The notes under the pieces were generated by a model. That model was given only the letters and a program-made list of their open reading frames with translations, searched no databases and was not told the origin of the DNA. A stretch of DNA of 64,000 bases from Ignavibacteriota bacterium (GTDB lineage Bacteria; Bacteroidota; Ignavibacteria; UBA10030): NCBI GenBank assembly GCA_963701295.1, contig OY969585.1:928001-992000 (forward strand), given 5' to 3'. Numbering within the stretch: the first letter of the stretch is position 1; each line of letters begins with the position of its first letter. The position numbers were made by a program, and so were the translations under genes. Positions 21,508 to 32,412 of the stretch are shown here, in pieces.

Positions 21508-22173
21508 CTACAGAAGTGAATTGAGATGATTCCATTGCTGTTCGGAAAATTCTCTCAACGATTTTAACTTACTATCTGCAATATCGAATCGCGCCTCGTT
21601 CCACTGTTCTGCCATCGGAATGACGACTGTTTTCATCCGCGCTGCCTTCGCCGCAATGAGCCCGTTGAACGAATCCTCAATGACTAAACATTGTACCGGA
21701 GGAATGTGCAAGTGCTTCGCTGTTGTGAGAAATACTGCGGGATGCGGTTTGCCGTATTCTTCCCGTTCGGCAGAATGAACGACACGAAATGTATTCTCCA
21801 AAGAAAATTTATTCAGTACGGTTTTGATGAGCCGCATGGCTGAGGATGAGGCAAGTGCAGTTTGGATCCGGCGGTTTTTAAAAAAATCCAACACATCTAT
21901 CACGCCATCCAGCAAAACTGCTCGTTCACGAACCCGTAGTTCCACGGCGGTTAAGATTTCGTCGGAAACTCGTTCCATTGATTTTTGTTTCCAGGGATTC
22001 TGGTTATAACGGTACATGACGACATCTCTCACTGGCAAGCCGGTGGTTTCAATACATTGCGCACGTGTCAGGTGAATGCCCACCGTCGCGAAAATTTCTA
22101 TTTCAGCTTCCTGCCAAAAAGGTTCTGAGTTCAGCAACACACCGTCCATATCAAAAATCACTGCGTCGATCAT
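21508..22173 (-). CDS. HAD-family sugar phosphatase (HxpB/YniC-like)
   Basis: FDMDGVLLNSEPFW, GKPHPAVF, EDSFNG. Confidence 0.9.
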   Translation of the reverse strand: MIDAVIFDMDGVLLNSEPFWQEAEIEIFATVGIHLTRAQCIETTGLPVRDVVMYRYNQNPWKQKSMERVSDEILTAVELRVRERAVLLDGVIDVLDFFKNRRIQTALASSSAMRLIKTVLNKFSLENTFRVVHSAEREEYGKPHPAVFLTTAKHLHIPPVQCLVIEDSFNGLIAAKAARMKTVVIPMAEQWNEARFDIADSKLKSLREFSEQQWNHLNSLL

Positions 22174-22331
22174 TATTTCCTCTATCTTAATCTAACAGAG
22201 AATAATCTGAATGGCAAGCGTACAAACATCTCTTGTGTGTTCCTTATGTCAGAGATGAGACAGATTGAAACACTCCAAGTTTTTGCTTACTTTATCTTTC
22301 ATCAATGTCGATGAAATGGATGGTGAAGCAC

Positions 22332-23549
22332 ATGAAAAAGAATTCGAAACAACTTTCCGTCGCCACACGGGCGATCCATGGCAGTAAACTCTATGCCTAT
22401 AAAGCCCCCGTTACGACACCGATTTATCAGACTTCTACGTTTCGATTTGAAACATCCGAAGATGCCATTCGATATGCAAAAGGAGACCCGTCGGTTTACG
22501 TATATTCGCGGTACCATAATCCCACGGTTCACGATGTAGAAGAGAAGATTGCGCTTATGGAACATGGCGAAACAGCTGCGCTCTTTTCTTCAGGCATGGC
22601 TGCAATTACGACAGCGATTCTTGCTGTAACAAAATCCGGAGACAATATCATTAGCACCTCTGCGCTGTACGGCGGCACGTACCGCTGGATGCGCGACGAG
22701 CTACCGAAACAAAACATTACCGTACATTTCGTTGACGCACAGCACTTGAAGGATATTGAACGAATTACCAACGAACGAACAACCATCGTCTACATCGAAA
22801 CTCCAACCAATCCCACGCTCAGTATTGTTGATATTTCTGAAGCAGTCCGCTGCACGAAGAAAGCAGAAAAGAGACTCGGCCGCCGTATTCTTACGATGAT
22901 TGATAATACGTTCGCTACCCTCCTTAATCAGGATCCGTTTCATTTCGGTGTGGATGTTATTACCGAAAGCGCCACCAAATATCTCGGTGGGCACAGTGAT
23001 ATTCTCTCCGGTGTTGTTATCGGTAAGGAGGAGTACATCAGCCATGTGCGCACACTGAGAAAGTACCATGGCAGCTGTGCTGATCCTTTTGCAGCATTTT
23101 TACTTGGCAGGAGTTTGAAAACTTTTGAACTGCGTATAGGGAAACAAACCGAAAATGCTCTCGTACTGGCACGCGTATTAGAAAAACATAAGAAAGTGAA
23201 TCGTGTTCTCTATCCCGGACTTCCTTCGCATCCACACCACAAGATTGCTAAAAGACAAATGACCGGATTTGGCGGCATGGTAACCATCGAAGTGAAGCCA
23301 TCGAAACGATACTCACCTGTTGAGGCAGCAGCAAAAGTATGCGACACTCTAACCATTGCCGTCAATGCAATGTCACTGGGCAGCGTGGAGACACTTGTCA
23401 GCATTCCGGTCTATTCGTCCCACGTATTTATGTCGGATGAAGAGTTGCAGCGTCAGGGCGTTACAGCTGGAATGATTCGCATCTCTGTCGGTGTGGAAGG
23501 AATTGAAGATTTGATTGCGGATTTTGAAAAAGCATTAGCTGCGATTTGA
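22332..23549 (+). CDS. PLP-dependent trans-sulfuration enzyme (cystathionine gamma-synthase/lyase, Met gamma-lyase family)
   Basis: PIYQTSTF, YSRYHNPT, ETPTNP, SATKYLGGHSD, IRISVGVE. Confidence 0.93.
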   Translation: MKKNSKQLSVATRAIHGSKLYAYKAPVTTPIYQTSTFRFETSEDAIRYAKGDPSVYVYSRYHNPTVHDVEEKIALMEHGETAALFSSGMAAITTAILAVTKSGDNIISTSALYGGTYRWMRDELPKQNITVHFVDAQHLKDIERITNERTTIVYIETPTNPTLSIVDISEAVRCTKKAEKRLGRRILTMIDNTFATLLNQDPFHFGVDVITESATKYLGGHSDILSGVVIGKEEYISHVRTLRKYHGSCADPFAAFLLGRSLKTFELRIGKQTENALVLARVLEKHKKVNRVLYPGLPSHPHHKIAKRQMTGFGGMVTIEVKPSKRYSPVEAAAKVCDTLTIAVNAMSLGSVETLVSIPVYSSHVFMSDEELQRQGVTAGMIRISVGVEGIEDLIADFEKALAAI

Positions 23550-23604
23550 GCTTGCGAATGGAGTATTGTGCTTTTTATCTATACTACGAATCATCTAAAA
23601 AAAT

Positions 23605-24498
23605 ATGAAGAACCGAATTACCGTGTTTGTTGTTGTTGGCATTCTCTTGCTGCAATGTTTCGCATTGGCTCAGAATGTTGTGATCGTTGTAATCGATGGT
23701 GCGAGATACACGGAGACATTCGGTGCAGACTCTCTTTATATTCCACGTATATGGACACAGTTGCGTCCTCTTGGAACGATCTGGACAAACTTTCGCAATG
23801 ACGGAATCACTGAAACCGATCCGGGGCATGCCTCCATCGCGACAGGCACATGGCAATCCATCGACAACAAAGGGATCCTCAGGCCAACACAGCCAACGAT
23901 ATTCGAATATTTCCGCAAAGCATCCGGTGCGCCGGAATCCGCAACAGCCGTTGTCGTAGGAAAACTCAAATTGGATATTCTTGCTTATAGTACACATCAC
24001 GGCTATGGAACAAAATATAAAGCTTCTACATCCATCGGTATGGACGATACATCGGTTGTCAGAAACTTGAAAACGATGCTCCGACAGAATCATCCGAAAC
24101 TCACGCTCGTAAATCTTCCGAGCACGGATGTGGCCGGCCACTCCGGCAATCGGATTCAGTACCTTTCTGCGATTCACGTTGCGGATTCATTGATTTACGA
24201 TATTTGGCAAACACTTCAGGCAGACTCATTCTATCGCAACAACACAACATTATTTGTAACGAACGATCATGGGAGACATGACAACCTCCATGGAGGCTTT
24301 AAAAATCATGGAGATGATTGTGAAGGATGTCGACACATTATGCTTTTTGCGATTGGACGAGGCTTTCCCGTAAACACAGTCGTAATTAAAAGGCGCACAC
24401 AATGTGATATAGCGCCAACTACTGGAGAGCTTCTTTCTTTCCCAACACTTTATTCTATCGGAACAAGTCTTCTGCGCGATACGGCAGCTGTCCAGTAG
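23605..24498 (+). CDS. Secreted alkaline phosphatase/sulfatase-superfamily protein
   Basis: Signal peptide, VIVVIDGAR, TDPGHASIATG, DVAGH, NDHG. Confidence 0.8.
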   Translation: MKNRITVFVVVGILLLQCFALAQNVVIVVIDGARYTETFGADSLYIPRIWTQLRPLGTIWTNFRNDGITETDPGHASIATGTWQSIDNKGILRPTQPTIFEYFRKASGAPESATAVVVGKLKLDILAYSTHHGYGTKYKASTSIGMDDTSVVRNLKTMLRQNHPKLTLVNLPSTDVAGHSGNRIQYLSAIHVADSLIYDIWQTLQADSFYRNNTTLFVTNDHGRHDNLHGGFKNHGDDCEGCRHIMLFAIGRGFPVNTVVIKRRTQCDIAPTTGELLSFPTLYSIGTSLLRDTAAVQ

Positions 24499-24540
24499 TG
24501 AATGGTGCTCACTTTTCGTAAGAGGCATATCCATATTTTC

Positions 24541-25128
24541 ATGTTGATTTCTCCTGAACATATTCGGCAATTTTTTGAAACGTTTCAGCGTCAAGAATGC
24601 AACAGCAAGGATCTTTGTCCCGCCGGTGTTTTGGTTCCACTCTTCGAGAGGAACGGCGAGCTACACGTTGTGCTCACTCAGCGAACGGATGAAGTGGAGC
24701 ACCATAAAGGACAGATTTCTTTCCCTGGCGGGGTCAAGAACAAGCAAGATTCAACTATTATTGAAACAGCACTTCGAGAGACAGAAGAGGAGATCGGATT
24801 GCCAAGTGATGCGGTAATCGTGCTTGGCATACTGAACGATTTCCAGACACCAAGCGGTTTTCGTATTACACCGGTCGTTGCGTTTCTCCTTTCTGTTCCT
24901 TCATTTTCCATCAACACAGCAGAAGTCTCTCAAATCTTCGATGTCCCGTTATCATTTTTCCTTGATGCACGCAATGAGCGTGTAGAGAGGCATGAACGTT
25001 CCGGAAAAATGATGAACGTATATTTCTATCGTTATGGACAGTATGAGATATGGGGAGCAACAGCGGCGATGCTGCGTTCGTTCTTGCACGATTTGATGGT
25101 GTGGCTCGATAACAAAAAGACTTTGTAA
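24541..25128 (+). CDS. Nudix CoA pyrophosphatase (NudL-like)
   Basis: HKGQISFPGG...ALRETEEEIG, IWGATA. Confidence 0.92.
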   Translation: MLISPEHIRQFFETFQRQECNSKDLCPAGVLVPLFERNGELHVVLTQRTDEVEHHKGQISFPGGVKNKQDSTIIETALRETEEEIGLPSDAVIVLGILNDFQTPSGFRITPVVAFLLSVPSFSINTAEVSQIFDVPLSFFLDARNERVERHERSGKMMNVYFYRYGQYEIWGATAAMLRSFLHDLMVWLDNKKTL

Positions 25129-25216
25129 ATCTGGCAATTCTTGATTATCTTTATTTCAGACAGTACTTAAATAACACGCAACAGGTCCTCATTTCGGGAC
25201 AAAGGAGAATGAACGA

Positions 25217-25471
25217 ATGCCGCAACATAAATCAGCAGTAAAACGAACTCGTCAAAGTGCACATCGAGCTGAACGCAATAAAGCACACTTTTCAAAAGTG
25301 AAAACATTGATAAAGAAAGTACGCTCCTCCAAGAACAAGGAAGAAGGGACTGCAGCATTGAAAAGTGCCTTGAAGTACCTCGACCAGCTTGGCACAAAAG
25401 GTATTATTCATAAAAATAATGTTTCCAACCAAAAATCGCGATTGACAAAGTTTGTCAACAAGATAACATAA
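25217..25471 (+). CDS. rpsT: 30S ribosomal protein S20
   Basis: HKSAVKR.RQ, KGIIHKN...KSRL. Confidence 0.97.
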   Translation: MPQHKSAVKRTRQSAHRAERNKAHFSKVKTLIKKVRSSKNKEEGTAALKSALKYLDQLGTKGIIHKNNVSNQKSRLTKFVNKIT

Positions 25472-25490
25472 AAATCATAATCCGTTTAGC

Positions 25491-25533
25491 AAGCAAAAAC
25501 CCCAAACCGAACAGGCTTGGGGTTTTTGCTTTT
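25491..25533. terminator. Bidirectional terminator between rpsT and convergent gene
   Basis: AAGCAAAAACCCCAA...TTGGGGTTTTTGCTT long inverted repeat. Confidence 0.85.
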
Positions 25534-25558
25534 CAGTCGCAGAAGTGGAAAAAAATCT

Positions 25559-26875
25559 CTATTTACTACTTTGACTTTTTAATTTTTCAAGTTCTTCAAT
25601 CCGTTTTTCAAATCGCTCTTTTTCACTAGGTTTATTGCGTGCAAGTGCTTTATATGCCTTAATGGCGTCATCAAACCAGCCTTGCTTAGCATAGATCTCT
25701 GCAAGTGTAGGTGTCACAAACCCCATACTCACCGGCAGATCTTGCTCGGATGAAGGGGGTGTCTCTTTCTGTGCCAAGTCGATCACGGGTGTGATCTTTC
25801 CAGCACCTTTTAGTTTATTTGCAATTTCTTCAATATTGTTCTGTATGCTGGTAGACATGGGAAGTTCGGGCGGTGGGATTTGTGGCAGAATAATTGTCGT
25901 GTCGGTGGTGTAATCCTCCTTCCTAATAGTATCGTTAACCTTATTTTGCATATCCGTAGGTATGGGAAGTTCAAGCGGCAACTCTTCCGGCAGAACAATC
26001 GCAGCGTTACTAAGATAATCCTCCAATGAAATAGTGTCCTCACCTGTAAGCTCTGCTCTTCGTCGTGATGCATAGAGTGCAAAGGATTCTTCTTCCGACG
26101 GTGATGGTGCCAAGTTTTCTTGGTCGGGAGCTGATAGAGTAAATTCAAATCCGCCTGATGGTTCCGTTGCCGATCTTGGTATGTCAGCAAATGCTGATGC
26201 TTGTGTTTCAGAGAACGATGGTGACTCCGACTCCGGGACATCGAATCCACTAAATGATGAGGGCTCCGGCATATCAGGTGTCTCAACTGCAGGTGCGGCA
26301 AATCCAAGAAGATCATCTGTGGTAGATGCAGCCGGTGTCTCTGTGATCGCATCAAAAAAAGACGGCCCGCTTAAGGAAGTGGGCGCCGACGGCAACTCAG
26401 GCTGTTGTTCTTGTGCAGGCTGATCGAATCCGCTAAAACTATAGCCCGGCTCCGGATGTATTTGGGGCGTCGATGGAATTCTATATTCATTCAAGGAGGG
26501 TGGTATATATTCTGGTCCAATAACTTCCGATTGTGCTTCTTGCTGTGTTGTAGTGATGGTTTCATCTTCGCTCGGCGGTATTTGTTCGAGCAGAGCTGTT
26601 ACCATTTCATTTCGTGGCAGAAACTCAAGCACAAATTCAAATTCGCGGCGTGCTTCCGCTCGCATGTGTAATACGACTAATGCTTTTCCCTTAACGAGAT
26701 GCCCTGTGGTATAAAACGGATAGTGTGCCAGACCGGCATCACACATGCGCAGTGCATCTTCTGCGCGATGTTGTTCAAGATAGAAATTTGCCAACTGCGC
26801 AAATAATGGTGACTTGGCATCCGGTCCAATTTTTTTTTCAAGTGCAGTAATTTGTTGTTGAGCTATTTCGGTCAT
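25559..26875 (-). CDS. TPR protein with long acidic Pro/Ser-rich linker
   Basis: N-terminal TPR-like helices, low-complexity middle, C-terminal TPTLAEIYAKQG..AIKAY motif. Confidence 0.75.
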   Translation of the reverse strand: MTEIAQQQITALEKKIGPDAKSPLFAQLANFYLEQHRAEDALRMCDAGLAHYPFYTTGHLVKGKALVVLHMRAEARREFEFVLEFLPRNEMVTALLEQIPPSEDETITTTQQEAQSEVIGPEYIPPSLNEYRIPSTPQIHPEPGYSFSGFDQPAQEQQPELPSAPTSLSGPSFFDAITETPAASTTDDLLGFAAPAVETPDMPEPSSFSGFDVPESESPSFSETQASAFADIPRSATEPSGGFEFTLSAPDQENLAPSPSEEESFALYASRRRAELTGEDTISLEDYLSNAAIVLPEELPLELPIPTDMQNKVNDTIRKEDYTTDTTIILPQIPPPELPMSTSIQNNIEEIANKLKGAGKITPVIDLAQKETPPSSEQDLPVSMGFVTPTLAEIYAKQGWFDDAIKAYKALARNKPSEKERFEKRIEELEKLKSQSSK

Positions 26876-26883
26876 TGTGCTTA

Positions 26884-28401
26884 CTAATGAAGTTTCCGCG
26901 CCTCAAGTGCATGTCTCACGGAAAGCCACGAAACGCATGCGAATCCCATAAAGTATAATAGCTGGAATGGCACCGCGGCTATCTCCAGATAGTATAATGA
27001 TGAAATCACACCGAAGAAGCAATAGACAGCAAGAAGAATTTCTATCATTACAACCCATTCGAATTTTTTCTTCTTGCTGATGTACACATTCTTTTTCCAC
27101 GTGTCTTCTTTACCATGAAGAGCAAATTTCGGTGTACGAACAAACTCGCTTTTGCGCTTGAAAAGTCCTTCGAATACTGCGCGGGAATTGTTTACCGCAA
27201 ATCCCATACTGCCTGCCATAAAGAGCGGGAAGAGCATAATCCGTCGGCGCCAATCGGGATAAACGGATTTCTGTGAAATAAGATAGAACAGGAATGATCC
27301 GATGAATGCAATGACAAATATCGACATTATAGCAAAGTACACCTCATGCCCGCCTTGCTGTTTAATAAAGATGAGCGGTACGTTCAGTATACCCGCCAGA
27401 ATGATAAACGGGAAGACAATGTTGTTCGTCAAATGAAAAGTTGAGTGAATTTTTATACGCAGCGGAATATCTGATTTCCACACTTCCGGAATTATTTTGC
27501 GCGCCGTTTCAATAGCACCCTTCGTCCAGCGAAATTGCTGCGACTTCAATGCATTGACCTCCGCAGGTAATTCTGCCGGCGAAGTGACATGTGCAAGATA
27601 TTTGAACTTCCATCCGCGGAGTTGCGCCCGGTAGCTGAGATCCAAATCCTCTGTGAGCGTATCGGATTGCCAGTTTCCTGCATCAATGATCGTGGTCTTC
27701 CGCCACACACCGCCTGTTCCATTAAACTGAATAAAGAATCCTGCCTTGTTGCGCACATCTTGCTCAACGACGAAATGTCCGTCGAGTGCAAACGCTTGTG
27801 TGCGTGTGAGCATCGAATACTCACGATTCAAGTGTTCCCATCGCGTTTGCACAACACCGATTTTTGGATCGGTGAAAAAATACGGAATAGTTTTTATCAG
27901 AAAGTCTTTATTGGGTACAAAGTCGGCATCGAAAACCGCAATGAATTCGCCGCGTGCAGTTTCAAGTCCATGCTTCAGCGCGCCTGCTTTGTATCCTGAA
28001 CGATCTCTACGATGAATATTTTTGATATCGTAACCGAGCGCTCGGTAGTGCGCTGTAGTTTTTTCAACCAGATCTACAGTTTCATCGGTTGAATCGTCCA
28101 ACACCTGCACTTCTAATTTGTCTTTTGGATATTCAAGTGCGCATACTGCGTCAATCAGTCGATTCGCAACATAGAGCTCATTAAATAATGGAAGTTGTAC
28201 TGTTACAACAGGTGTTTGCATTAAAATCGGTTGAATGTGTTCAAGACCTCGTTGTTTCATATAATGGTATACCATCACAAATCCATGGGCGCCAAACGCA
28301 AAGAGGATGAGCAACGAGAAAAAATAGAGATACATGACGATATCTGTAAATACTACGTTTTCGATGAATTTCGGCTGGAAGAAAAGTATTATAAGTGTCA
28401 T
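26884..28401 (-). CDS. GT2 membrane glycosyltransferase (cellulose synthase-like)
   Basis: VQVLDDSTD, KAGAL, FDADF, TEDLDL, QQFRW. Confidence 0.92.
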   Translation of the reverse strand: MTLIILFFQPKFIENVVFTDIVMYLYFFSLLILFAFGAHGFVMVYHYMKQRGLEHIQPILMQTPVVTVQLPLFNELYVANRLIDAVCALEYPKDKLEVQVLDDSTDETVDLVEKTTAHYRALGYDIKNIHRRDRSGYKAGALKHGLETARGEFIAVFDADFVPNKDFLIKTIPYFFTDPKIGVVQTRWEHLNREYSMLTRTQAFALDGHFVVEQDVRNKAGFFIQFNGTGGVWRKTTIIDAGNWQSDTLTEDLDLSYRAQLRGWKFKYLAHVTSPAELPAEVNALKSQQFRWTKGAIETARKIIPEVWKSDIPLRIKIHSTFHLTNNIVFPFIILAGILNVPLIFIKQQGGHEVYFAIMSIFVIAFIGSFLFYLISQKSVYPDWRRRIMLFPLFMAGSMGFAVNNSRAVFEGLFKRKSEFVRTPKFALHGKEDTWKKNVYISKKKKFEWVVMIEILLAVYCFFGVISSLYYLEIAAVPFQLLYFMGFACVSWLSVRHALEARKLH

Positions 28402-28402
28402 A

Positions 28403-28930
28403 TTACCATCCTGCTACTGTATCGTTAAGAATATCTTCTGTTAATTTTTCGACTGCTGTTTGTACGCCCTCATTACGCTGCGTCAATCCGCCGCCTGAAG
28501 GATAATTTCCCCACTCGCTATAACTTTTTTCCCACATTTTTTTGCGAAGCTTCAAATCCTGAAACGCCATTCTTACTGTTACGGTAATTTTTCTCAACGT
28601 AACTTGCTCGCCGCCTTGAAGTACTTCCGGGGCGTCTTTTACATCGGTTACCACACCTTCGAGCATGGAGTCTGCAGAATTGCGGTCTGTTAATTGAAGT
28701 GTATTATCATTTGTGAAGCGTTCTACCAATTTCTGTGTGAATAAATCCCGCAGCGTCGGATCGCCATATCCACTCTGATCTTCCACGATAGGAATCGCAA
28801 CGGTTTTCAAATGCGGAGGAACCGAACCGCCCTTGAACGAATAGGTACAACTAGAGAGCACTATGAAAGCCGAAAAACAAGCTATACTGAAAAAAATACG
28901 TATTGTATATTGTGCATTGTCGTTTTTCAT
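28403..28930 (-). CDS. LptE-family lipoprotein
   Basis: Lipobox SSC followed by YSFKGGSVPPHLKTVAI, as in Bacteroidota LptE-like proteins. Confidence 0.75.
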   Translation of the reverse strand: MKNDNAQYTIRIFFSIACFSAFIVLSSCTYSFKGGSVPPHLKTVAIPIVEDQSGYGDPTLRDLFTQKLVERFTNDNTLQLTDRNSADSMLEGVVTDVKDAPEVLQGGEQVTLRKITVTVRMAFQDLKLRKKMWEKSYSEWGNYPSGGGLTQRNEGVQTAVEKLTEDILNDTVAGW

Positions 28931-30045
28931 TGCAACCCATAATCCTTGATTTTTCTATAGAGTGTCCGCTCACTGATATTCAATTCTCTCGCGGCATTAC
29001 GCCTATTTCCTTTGTGCCGATCGAGCGCAGTTGCAACCATGCGCCGCTCCATCTCGTCCATTGTCAGAACACCATTTCCGTTCTGCGATTGAGTGTGGTT
29101 GCTGTTTTGCATATTGGTTCCAGACAGCCGACCTTCCAGTAATTCTTTCATTTCAATGATGTTCGATTTGAGTTCCACAAGTGCACGATAAATCAACTCT
29201 CTCTCGGCCTGTTCTACAGTTCTATTTGATACAACAGGAAGATTTCTGTCTGTCGTTGCGTGTGTTTGATCGCGCAGATACTTCCGCACATCGTACTCAT
29301 TAAGACGTTTCCCGCTTTCCAACACAAGCATGCTTTCGATGGCATTTCGCAACTCGCGAATATTGCCAGGCCAGTGATAGCTCATAAGCAATTCGGTCGC
29401 GTTGTTATTGAATCCACCAAATTGAATCTTGTTTTTTTCTGTCGTTTCCTTCACAAACTGTTCAACGAGTGCCGGAATATCTTCTTTTCGGTTCCGCAGC
29501 GGTGGCAAATGAATGTTCACCGAACGCAATCGGAAATACAAATCGGGGCGAAAGTTTTTTTGTTGGACTTCGTATTCCAATAATTTATTCGTTGCCGCAA
29601 TCACACGTACATCTGTTCTGCGTGCCTCGGATGAGCCAACACGCATGAACTCACCGCTTTCAAGCACACGCAGCAATTTCACTTGCGTTGCTAACGGCAT
29701 CTCTCCAATTTCGTCGAGAAGGATGGTTCCGCCATCAGCAATTTCAAAATAACCACGACGCATATCCGAAGCACTGGTGAATGCACCTTTTTCATGACCG
29801 AACAATTCGCTTTCAATTAATCCCTCCGGAATCGCGCCGCAGTTAACCGATACCATAATTTGCTCTGCTCGTTTGCTTGCCCCGTGAATGGCTTTGGCAA
29901 CGATCTCTTTGCCTGTACCGCTTTCACCAGAGATCAGCACAGTAATATCCGTCGGCGCCACCTGTCGGATGACATCCACAATTTCTTGCATCTCCGGCGA
30001 TTGTCCGATGATGCCGTATAGTCGTTGGAATGCTGCCCGATCCAT
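28927..30045 (-). CDS. Sigma-54-interacting AAA+ regulator with Fis HTH, no N-terminal sensor
   Basis: GESGTGKE, ESELFGHEKGAFTSA, LDEIGE, WPGNIREL, ISERTLYRK. Confidence 0.93.
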   Translation of the reverse strand: MDRAAFQRLYGIIGQSPEMQEIVDVIRQVAPTDITVLISGESGTGKEIVAKAIHGASKRAEQIMVSVNCGAIPEGLIESELFGHEKGAFTSASDMRRGYFEIADGGTILLDEIGEMPLATQVKLLRVLESGEFMRVGSSEARRTDVRVIAATNKLLEYEVQQKNFRPDLYFRLRSVNIHLPPLRNRKEDIPALVEQFVKETTEKNKIQFGGFNNNATELLMSYHWPGNIRELRNAIESMLVLESGKRLNEYDVRKYLRDQTHATTDRNLPVVSNRTVEQAERELIYRALVELKSNIIEMKELLEGRLSGTNMQNSNHTQSQNGNGVLTMDEMERRMVATALDRHKGNRRNAARELNISERTLYRKIKDYGLQ

Positions 30046-30765
30046 CAACGTGAAACAACCATGACTGTAAGGTTAAATTTCTTTTTCACTTCCACGGCAA
30101 ATTGTTTTGCCTCATTATACGTCTGAAATTCACCAACCCAGACTTTGTGCAACTTTTTACCATGGCTGACGATCGTAAAAATGTTCGAGGAATATCCTTC
30201 TTTCTCAAATTTTGCTTTTAATTCACCAGCATTTTGCAGCGTTGAGAAAGCGCCAACTTGTATAGTGAAGTTCGTTGCATATTTTTGTACAGGTTCCCTT
30301 CGGTTTTATAACTGCCGGTTTTTCTTTTACTGTTGGCTTCTCTTCTGCCACCAGATTTTTTTCTGTCGCATATGCAGAAAACGGATATTCTTCCTTCAAC
30401 TGTGTCAGTTTCTGATCGGCTGTCTTATAAAGACCGATCGAATAATAATATTGATAGAGTTTATAGAGTGCATCATCTGCCCATTCGCTCTTAGGAAAAT
30501 TATCGACAATATTTTGATATAACTTTGCTGCTTCTGTGCCATCCGTTGTTAATACTGCTTGTAAATACATCAGACCAGGATTATTTTGATAATTTGTCAT
30601 CAGTGCTGGAAGTTCGGCGCGTACTGCTTCTCCTTGCCCTTTTTCAATCATTTCGAGACGGTGATTAATATCCGGTTCCCGGTTGCTTGTCTGAGAACGC
30701 AGTAATGGTGCAAGAATAATGAATTCGAGTATCAAGGCAACAGCAATTGTTCTATGTGCTCTCAT
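30045..30765 (-). CDS. Exported TPR/BamD-like + SPOR domain protein, split by a +1 frameshift at ~30297
   Basis: ORF 30223..30765 (signal peptide, FPKSEWADDAL) continues in another frame as TIQVGAFST..NA...HKVWVGEF (SPOR) to a TGA at 30045-30047. Confidence 0.75.
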
Positions 30766-30771
30766 GGTTTT

Positions 30772-32120
30772 TCAACTCTCTCGTATTATGAATGCAGGGG
30801 GTTGACGAAATACATGTTCCTGTGTGCCAAACAATGTAGCCGAATTTGCCCGCTCGATACGAACACCGATGTAATCGCCAACAGCATCGCCGTTTTTAGG
30901 GAATACAACCATTTTATTTGTATCGGTTCTGCCGCAGAAATCAGCTGCAGATTTTTTGCTTGGACCTTCCACAAGCACTTCTACAGTTTGACCAATCATT
31001 GTCCTATTTCGGTGTAAAGAAATATTGCGTTGAATGTCAATGACTTCGCTGAGGCGACGATTTTTCACTTCCTCCGGCACATCATCATTCATCGACCATG
31101 CTTTTGTATTCTCACGCGGAGAATACTTGAAAGTGTATGCTCCATCGTATTCCACTGTTTGAAGTAATTCGATTGTTCGTTTGTGATCATCTTCCGTTTC
31201 AGTTGGAAACCCGATTATGATGTCGGTCGAAAGACTGATTTCAGGAATTGTCTCCTTGATTCTGCGTACAAGATTGAGATATTGATCGGCTGTATATGTC
31301 CGATTCATTAATTCTAGAATTCTATCTGACCCAGATTGTACGGGCAAATGAATATAATGGCAAATATTGGACCGTGAAGCGATTATAGTAATCAGTGTGT
31401 CCGACATATCTTGAGGATGTGATGTCATGAATCGTATGCGCAAACTTTGATCAACATCGGCAACTGCTGCAAGTAAATCAGGAAAATCATATGTGCCGTC
31501 CCAATACGAATTGACATTTTGTCCAAGTAATGTTACTTCCTTAAAGCCTCTTTGTGCAACTTCTTCAACTTCCTTAAGAACATTTGCTTGCGAACGGCTT
31601 CGCTCTCGACCACGTGTAAATGGCACAACACAGAACGTGCAGAATTTATCACACCCGCGCATAATGGAAATCCAAGCGCTTAAACCCTCGGTACGAAAAG
31701 GAATAATGTCGTCGTATTTTTCTACACGTGAAAGTTTGATGGCGATTCCTTTTTCCCCTCCATGGCAGCTTCGACCAACGCGGGCAACTTGCGATATTCA
31801 TCCGGTCCAACAATAAGATCAATAAAATCTTCAGACACTATCAAATTTCTACGTACACGCTCTGCCATACACCCTAGCACTCCGATAACGACATCCGGAT
31901 TTAATTTTTTATAATGGTTAAAGTCCCCTAATCGACCTATGATTCGTTGCTCTGCATTTTCACGTACAGCACAAGTATTTATCAAAGCAACATCCGCACT
32001 TGAGAGAAAATCCGTACGAACAAAGCCTGCATCATGCATAATGCTCTGCACAATCTCTGTATCGGCCATATTCATTTGACAGCCGTACGTTTCAATATAC
32101 ATTTTACGTCCAGTTTGCAT
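30772..32120 (-). CDS. miaB: tRNA-2-methylthio-N6-isopentenyladenosine synthase MiaB, split by a frameshift at ~31750
   Basis: TYGCQMN, NTCAVRENAE, GCMAE in upstream ORF; CDKFCTFC radical-SAM motif and TRAM domain in downstream ORF; one base missing in GAGGGGAAAAAGG. Confidence 0.92.
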
Positions 32121-32412
32121 TTCCCTCTTTTCCAGTATCATTATAATGAAACAATGGCAGACACACAATAAATGACTATCATGATTAATGTTATTTAATC
32201 TTAAAGAGTTTGTTGAGGGTCTAACGGGTAACTTATTTGTGGATTGCCAAATCGGCAGACATTGAATTTAACCTAATTATATGATTTGGGATTGATTGAA
32301 CGCGAATGCTGTTGTATATTAGTGTACAAATTGAGGGAAGAGACTCTATAATTGCTCATATCAACGGATTTCCAACACTTTTAAATCAATTGAATAAATT
32401 AGAAAGAATACC

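Noticed and set aside
22174-22331. SAM riboswitch ahead of the trans-sulfuration enzyme
   Set aside because: No ATCxAGAG/GCAACC/GTGC core motifs
30043-30057. parS-like half site ACGTGAAACA
   Set aside because: Only half of the palindrome and inside coding sequence
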